Below are positions 59,707 through 64,000 of a DNA stretch of 64,000 nucleotides, piece by piece; position 1 is the stretch's first letter; every line of letters begins with the position of its first letter. Where the stretch lies: assembly GCA_016699365.1 (NCBI GenBank), contig CP064973.1, positions 639,916 through 703,915 of the forward strand, written 5' to 3'. The notes beneath the pieces are model-generated. The model saw nothing but the letters and a program-made list of their open reading frames with translations. It had not been told where the DNA came from and did not search any database. This DNA comes from Candidatus Nomurabacteria bacterium. Its GTDB lineage: Bacteria > Patescibacteriota > Minisyncoccia > Phycocordibacterales > UBA9973. Position numbers and translations under genes: made by a program.

Positions 59707-60847
59707 TCTTAATTATTGATTCAGTTGTTTTATCGTAAGTGTAGTTAACAATCTCTCCCTTTATTATTAGTTCAATCACATTTCCGATCACCATAATTGG
59801 TGCAATAAACCACTCTTTCGGAGTGTAGTTTTTTCCATTGTTGTCAGTGATTTCAATATCTAGACAGGAATCACTAAAGAAGCGATGTATCAATCGTTCA
59901 AATCTTTGAGGATTCATATTGAAACATCTATAGGTCGCAACAATAGACACTGGAGCCATGAGATAAGTTGGATCTTGCTGTGCGTTTTTTATACGATCTT
60001 CAACACTCGTAGTCGAGAACCCAATCTTGAAAAGATTTTTTGTACTAGAAATTCTAGGATTATCACTTAATGACTTAAGTACATAGATATAGCCAGTTTC
60101 TGAATCTCCGTCTTCAACGCTTGCAATATCTTGATTATCTTTTACGGCATAGCCCGCGTCAGACAATCTCTTTCCTAATGATCGCAAAAGCACACTTGAT
60201 TCAGTACCGTTTTCGTAAATACAACGAGTTCGTCGGTTTATCTTTTGACTGTTTCCTCGATATGGATCATAGATCTTTTCTAGATATATTAAGACACCAC
60301 TAAGAACAAAGAAGTCTCCTTGCTTCATCTCGCTTTCAACGAAAGTGGCAAGTTTTTTAGTACCATTTTTTAAATCTCTCTGAGTCTGTGCAAATAAATG
60401 CTCATACTGGTCAAAATCAGCACAAATCTCTCTTTGAGCCACGAAGTCAGGATCAGAACGATCTTGTCGTATCTCTGGAACATTCTTTATGTTAAAAACA
60501 GAACTATCTTCAATAGAAAGTAAGTCCAGATCATCATCTTCAAAAATATCACTTACTGTATCAATATCTTTTTTCTCAATCTTTAAAAGACCATGAGTAT
60601 CATACTTACTTAGGAAGTCTCGTTGCTCTTTATTTTCTCTGATGTGCTTAAGGCGTGATGCGAGTTTGTGTTCATGAATATCTCCGCCACTTTTAGGTTC
60701 AGCATTATGTACTGCAAAGAACTCATTTATTTCCATAAATGATTCTGTTAAACGATCATCAGGCGTAGCAGAAACAGCTTTCTTGTCTATGTCGAGAAGA
60801 CCTAAGTCATCATCATTTATTAAATCTAGTAAATCGTTTTTATCCAT
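59699..60847 (-). CDS. T5orf172/GIY-YIG-like nuclease domain protein with acidic repeat N-terminus
   Basis: C-terminal GYIYVLKSLSDN...KIGFSTTSVEDRIKN. N-terminal repeated DDDLxLL(D/S)I(D/E) motifs. Confidence 0.5.
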   Translation of the reverse strand: MDKNDLLDLINDDDLGLLDIDKKAVSATPDDRLTESFMEINEFFAVHNAEPKSGGDIHEHKLASRLKHIRENKEQRDFLSKYDTHGLLKIEKKDIDTVSDIFEDDDLDLLSIEDSSVFNIKNVPEIRQDRSDPDFVAQREICADFDQYEHLFAQTQRDLKNGTKKLATFVESEMKQGDFFVLSGVLIYLEKIYDPYRGNSQKINRRTRCIYENGTESSVLLRSLGKRLSDAGYAVKDNQDIASVEDGDSETGYIYVLKSLSDNPRISSTKNLFKIGFSTTSVEDRIKNAQQDPTYLMAPVSIVATYRCFNMNPQRFERLIHRFFSDSCLDIEITDNNGKNYTPKEWFIAPIMVIGNVIELIIKGEIVNYTYDKTTESIIKIK

Positions 60848-60848
60848 A

Positions 60849-62786
60849 TTAATTTTGAATTTGTTCAGCCTTGAGCTTCTTCAAGTACAGTACCGCTTCC
60901 GCCAAACGCTTCTCAAGGGGGTCAGACGAAGATATGTCTGGCTTTCGACCTGTTTGTATTGTGAACTCCTTAGCTTTAGGCCATAGGATCTTAACTTCTT
61001 CTGGTGTCATCTCGATTCGAGATGAATCAATTGTATCTTGAATAACCTTAAGGATACTTGAAGTCACTGATTTTGAGAGAATCTCAAAAGCTTCTTGGAA
61101 CGGATTGATACTGTCGATAAGGTCAATATTTAGATCATCAATATTCACAAACTGACCTGCCATACGAACAAATTTCTTATCACCAACTTCTTTGATTTCT
61201 CCGTTCTTGATTACAGAATCAACAACAACGTGTTGACGAACTTCCTCTACTTCAAGATCTGTTAGATCAGGGTATTTCATTTGAATAATCTTTGGGATCA
61301 TTACTTTGTTGATTACCTCGGGATCAACATTTCCAGGCAACGCTTTAATCATTTGATCATCTTGAAGAATTGAAGCTTTGAGGTCGTTGATATCAGATTC
61401 AATAATCTCTCGCACACGATCAGTACTTGGTGCTTTAAAACCCTTTATTTTTATTTCACCTGGAGTAAAGGTAGTGTCATCATTTGGGAATCGTGGTTTG
61501 AAGTTATAGTGCGGAGCCATGACTTGTTCCATAAGCAAAGAACAAGTGATCGCCTTGAGCATGTTGTTTACTGACACTTTAACCTCGCCGTCTTTTGCAT
61601 CAGGCTGAGCAATAAGATTAGTAAATTGTGCATGAGTTTTGTTTGCACTGTCACGAGTACAGCGACCGATAATCTGAATGATCTCCGTGAGAGAGCTTCG
61701 GTAGCCCACAGTCAAAGCATGTTCACAGTATGGCCAGTCAAATCCTTCCTTTGCCATACCAAGAGCAATAATGATATCCATGTCATCCTCCTTTTTCATT
61801 GTGCGGAGGTAGTTTGAAATCTTATCTCGATCAACTGAATCATCGACAAGGTTTGCTACTTTAAGCATCTTTCCGTCACCGTCACGCTTTACATAGATAA
61901 CACCGGTCTCATGATCTTGATGATCTACTTCTCCAATAATGTCCAAGATTAGATCAACCTCGTTGAGCTTGTCTTTTGTAGATTCTCCAGAGTTTACGTT
62001 TGGAATGTGTAAAATCGTTTTCTTATTCGTATCCAAAACCTCAGCAATCGCTGATGTGTATTTACCTTGATAAAAGTGATATCCAATACCCAAGGTTTTT
62101 AAATAGGTATAACCGTTCAATTGCTGATAGTAGTTGTATGTCACTTTCTGGAACTTTGCCTCATCTTGTGGCAACAGAACTGCAACACCATCGCCTCGAA
62201 AATATGATCCAGTCATCGCAATGATATGAGCATTCGAGTTCGTCATTATTCCATGCAGAACTCGTCCCAAAATACTGCTTTCCTTGTCGGCAGACACATG
62301 ATGAAATTCATCGATCGCAATGAGAATGTCATTAAATTTTGCATCTTCAATTTGCTCACATGCAAAACGAAGAGTGGCATGAGTACAGATAAGAATCTTC
62401 TCATCGTTATCCATAAAATTCTTGAATGCCTCAACCTTTCCTTTGGCATTATCAAGACCTGGGGTACAAAGGTTATAGTTATCATTTGGTTTCCAGTCTG
62501 CGAAAAATCCATTATCAGTTAGATTGGTTTCGCTAAATGATCCACCAATTGATTTTTCAGGAACGGCGACAATCACTTTTTTGATACCTTGATTAGTCAG
62601 CTTATCTAGAGCAAGGAACATCAAAGCACGAGATTTTCCCGATGCTGGAGGAGCTTTCAAAAGTAGGTATTGAGCTGTTCTTTTCTCAAATGCTTTTGCC
62701 TGCATTTCACGCATACCAAAATTATTGATTTTGGTACTTTCTCCTGTTTGGGCATATGTTGCTTCTGCAACTTGAATGGTTTTCAT
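60849..62786 (-). CDS. SF2 DExH helicase (ResIII-like N-terminus + Helicase_C)
   Basis: Motif I APPASGKS, motif II IDEFHH, motif VI IIQIIGRCTR. ~200-aa uncharacterised C-terminus. Confidence 0.7.
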   Translation of the reverse strand: MKTIQVAEATYAQTGESTKINNFGMREMQAKAFEKRTAQYLLLKAPPASGKSRALMFLALDKLTNQGIKKVIVAVPEKSIGGSFSETNLTDNGFFADWKPNDNYNLCTPGLDNAKGKVEAFKNFMDNDEKILICTHATLRFACEQIEDAKFNDILIAIDEFHHVSADKESSILGRVLHGIMTNSNAHIIAMTGSYFRGDGVAVLLPQDEAKFQKVTYNYYQQLNGYTYLKTLGIGYHFYQGKYTSAIAEVLDTNKKTILHIPNVNSGESTKDKLNEVDLILDIIGEVDHQDHETGVIYVKRDGDGKMLKVANLVDDSVDRDKISNYLRTMKKEDDMDIIIALGMAKEGFDWPYCEHALTVGYRSSLTEIIQIIGRCTRDSANKTHAQFTNLIAQPDAKDGEVKVSVNNMLKAITCSLLMEQVMAPHYNFKPRFPNDDTTFTPGEIKIKGFKAPSTDRVREIIESDINDLKASILQDDQMIKALPGNVDPEVINKVMIPKIIQMKYPDLTDLEVEEVRQHVVVDSVIKNGEIKEVGDKKFVRMAGQFVNIDDLNIDLIDSINPFQEAFEILSKSVTSSILKVIQDTIDSSRIEMTPEEVKILWPKAKEFTIQTGRKPDISSSDPLEKRLAEAVLYLKKLKAEQIQN

Positions 62787-62790
62787 AAAA

Positions 62791-64000
62791 TTATTTGTTA
62801 GTTTTTCTAGTAATCATCTCTTCATAAAGTTTGAACAAGTGAGCTAGTCGATCCTCGTCACCTTCAAACGGTTTGCTTCGGTATATCTGATCTATTGCTT
62901 GATCTAAATATTTGTGAGCTTCTCGCAATCCGTCAGGCATTTTATTTGGATCATATAATTCAGCTATTGTTTTGTCTGGATATCTTTCTCGCTCGCTGAG
63001 AATATTATATGCATGGGTACTAAGTGCTTCTTTTTGTTTTTCTGTAATAGCAGGAAAAGGAAACGTATTGTACGACAACGCAGTCAGGTATCGAATACTT
63101 TCTCCTAATTTTCCCGAGGTCAACCTTACCCACAGTAGATGCATTTTTGAACTTATTACTGAAAATATGTAGGTTGGCGGATCATAAATAACTGCTGCCG
63201 AACTCAAAACTATTACATCTTTTGATGAAAAACCTATTGGCATGTATTCTCTTCTTTCAGAAAAAACAATTGGAATAATTATTAAAGAATTTTTTGCAGT
63301 ATGAGTATATCTAAATTGATGTGGTCTCTTAACAAGACCTCTTGCCACATCGCCACCGTTCATTCTAAATTCTCTAACTCGATTAATTCTTTCTGCAATT
63401 TCAGGTATTCGCTCTGCATCCTTACGGTCCTCATCATTAATCCATAGACACCACCTATCAATATGGTTAATGAATTCATCTGATCCAATTGCTCTTCTCA
63501 GAAACTTTCTTGCATCTGGGTATTGATTTTGGAGCTTATTCTTTTCTGTTGTATTTAATGTTAAATTTCCAGCTTCATAAGGACTATTACCAGTAATCAT
63601 GACTGGGAAGTTAGAAATTGGTTTTAAAGATTTAGAAATATAAAAATCATCACCATTAACTAAGTAACCGTTTATATTTTTTACTTCCAATTTAATATTT
63701 CCTGTATAAAGATATTTTTTACCCTTAGATCTATTCCTTATGCCAATGATAGAACAAGTAACACCTGCTTTATTCTTTGCATTATTACTCCATGTAAAGG
63801 GCTTGTATGCAAAAAAGATTTCTTTGTTTAAAATAGAGATTTTAGGCCACATCTGTTCGACCTGAGATCCTTCACATAACGAACTCGTAGTAACAAAAGC
63901 AAACTTACAACTGTCTGTTATGTACAAGGCCGCTTTTATAAACCAACAAGCAACATAGTCCAATTCTTTATAATTACCGATTTTGTCAAAACAAATACCC
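62791..64000 (-). CDS. gamma-class N6-adenine DNA methyltransferase, C-terminal part with TaqI-like target-recognition domain (5' end beyond window)
   Basis: The frame continues upstream of the track's TTG start (..GICFDKIGNYKELDYVACWFIKAALYI..KFAFVTTSS). This matches the post-NPPY helix/strand of TaqI-type MTases. The C-terminal ...RLAHLFKLYEEM tail is as in MmeI-like enzymes (memory). Confidence 0.55.
   Translation of the reverse strand, partial: GICFDKIGNYKELDYVACWFIKAALYITDSCKFAFVTTSSLCEGSQVEQMWPKISILNKEIFFAYKPFTWSNNAKNKAGVTCSIIGIRNRSKGKKYLYTGNIKLEVKNINGYLVNGDDFYISKSLKPISNFPVMITGNSPYEAGNLTLNTTEKNKLQNQYPDARKFLRRAIGSDEFINHIDRWCLWINDEDRKDAERIPEIAERINRVREFRMNGGDVARGLVKRPHQFRYTHTAKNSLIIIPIVFSERREYMPIGFSSKDVIVLSSAAVIYDPPTYIFSVISSKMHLLWVRLTSGKLGESIRYLTALSYNTFPFPAITEKQKEALSTHAYNILSERERYPDKTIAELYDPNKMPDGLREAHKYLDQAIDQIYRSKPFEGDEDRLAHLFKLYEEMITRKTNK

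Overview
This is a low-GC (~35-38%), gene-dense bacterial chromosome segment, mostly minus-strand, with small proteins and very short 5' leaders. The content would fit a reduced-genome, possibly CPR/Patescibacteria-like organism, but that is inference. All long housekeeping ORFs are intact under the standard code, so there is no UGA recoding.

Positions 1-50,600 are core genome:
- S41 C-terminal processing protease (partial), rsmI, trhO, prs.
- A complete F1Fo ATP synthase operon (atpZ-like, B, E, F, H, A, G, D, C), interrupted by four extra small ORFs.
- tRNA-Ile(GAU), an RRM RNA-binding protein, prfA (RF1), rpmE, a lytic transglycosylase, rplY (L25).
- Pentose-phosphate and glycolysis genes: fba, split transketolase, rpe, rpiB, gap, a PfkB kinase.
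- gatB, obg, rmuC, a psd-like gene, purA.
- A striking NAD/ADP-ribose cluster: ADP-ribosylglycohydrolase, NUDT9-like ADPR pyrophosphatase, nadE, the Nudix-related regulator NrtR, nadD, pncA, pncB, nadK. Candidate palindromic operators lie in the divergent promoter regions and upstream of prs.

Three genes are disrupted by single-nucleotide-scale lesions, which points to either assembly errors or pseudogenisation:
- a DUF1295 gene with a frameshift,
- rplY with an in-frame TAA,
- pncB with a frameshift in a G4 run.

Positions ~51,000-64,000 are accessory DNA. A compact satellite-like integrative element carries a LexA/CI-like S24 repressor, a ParB-DNA methyltransferase fusion, TerS and TerL, and a large serine integrase. 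It has no structural genes in the window. It also carries a Thoeris-like defence module: two ThsB-like TIR paralogues bracketing a 2TM-Macro ThsA-like effector. The left edge of the element has unusual 65-bp perfect direct repeats and a 22-bp-stem hairpin. Beyond the integrase lies a convergent three-gene operon of N6-adenine MTase (partial), SF2 helicase and a T5orf172/GIY-YIG protein. This looks like a disassembled Type ISP/III-like restriction or defence system.
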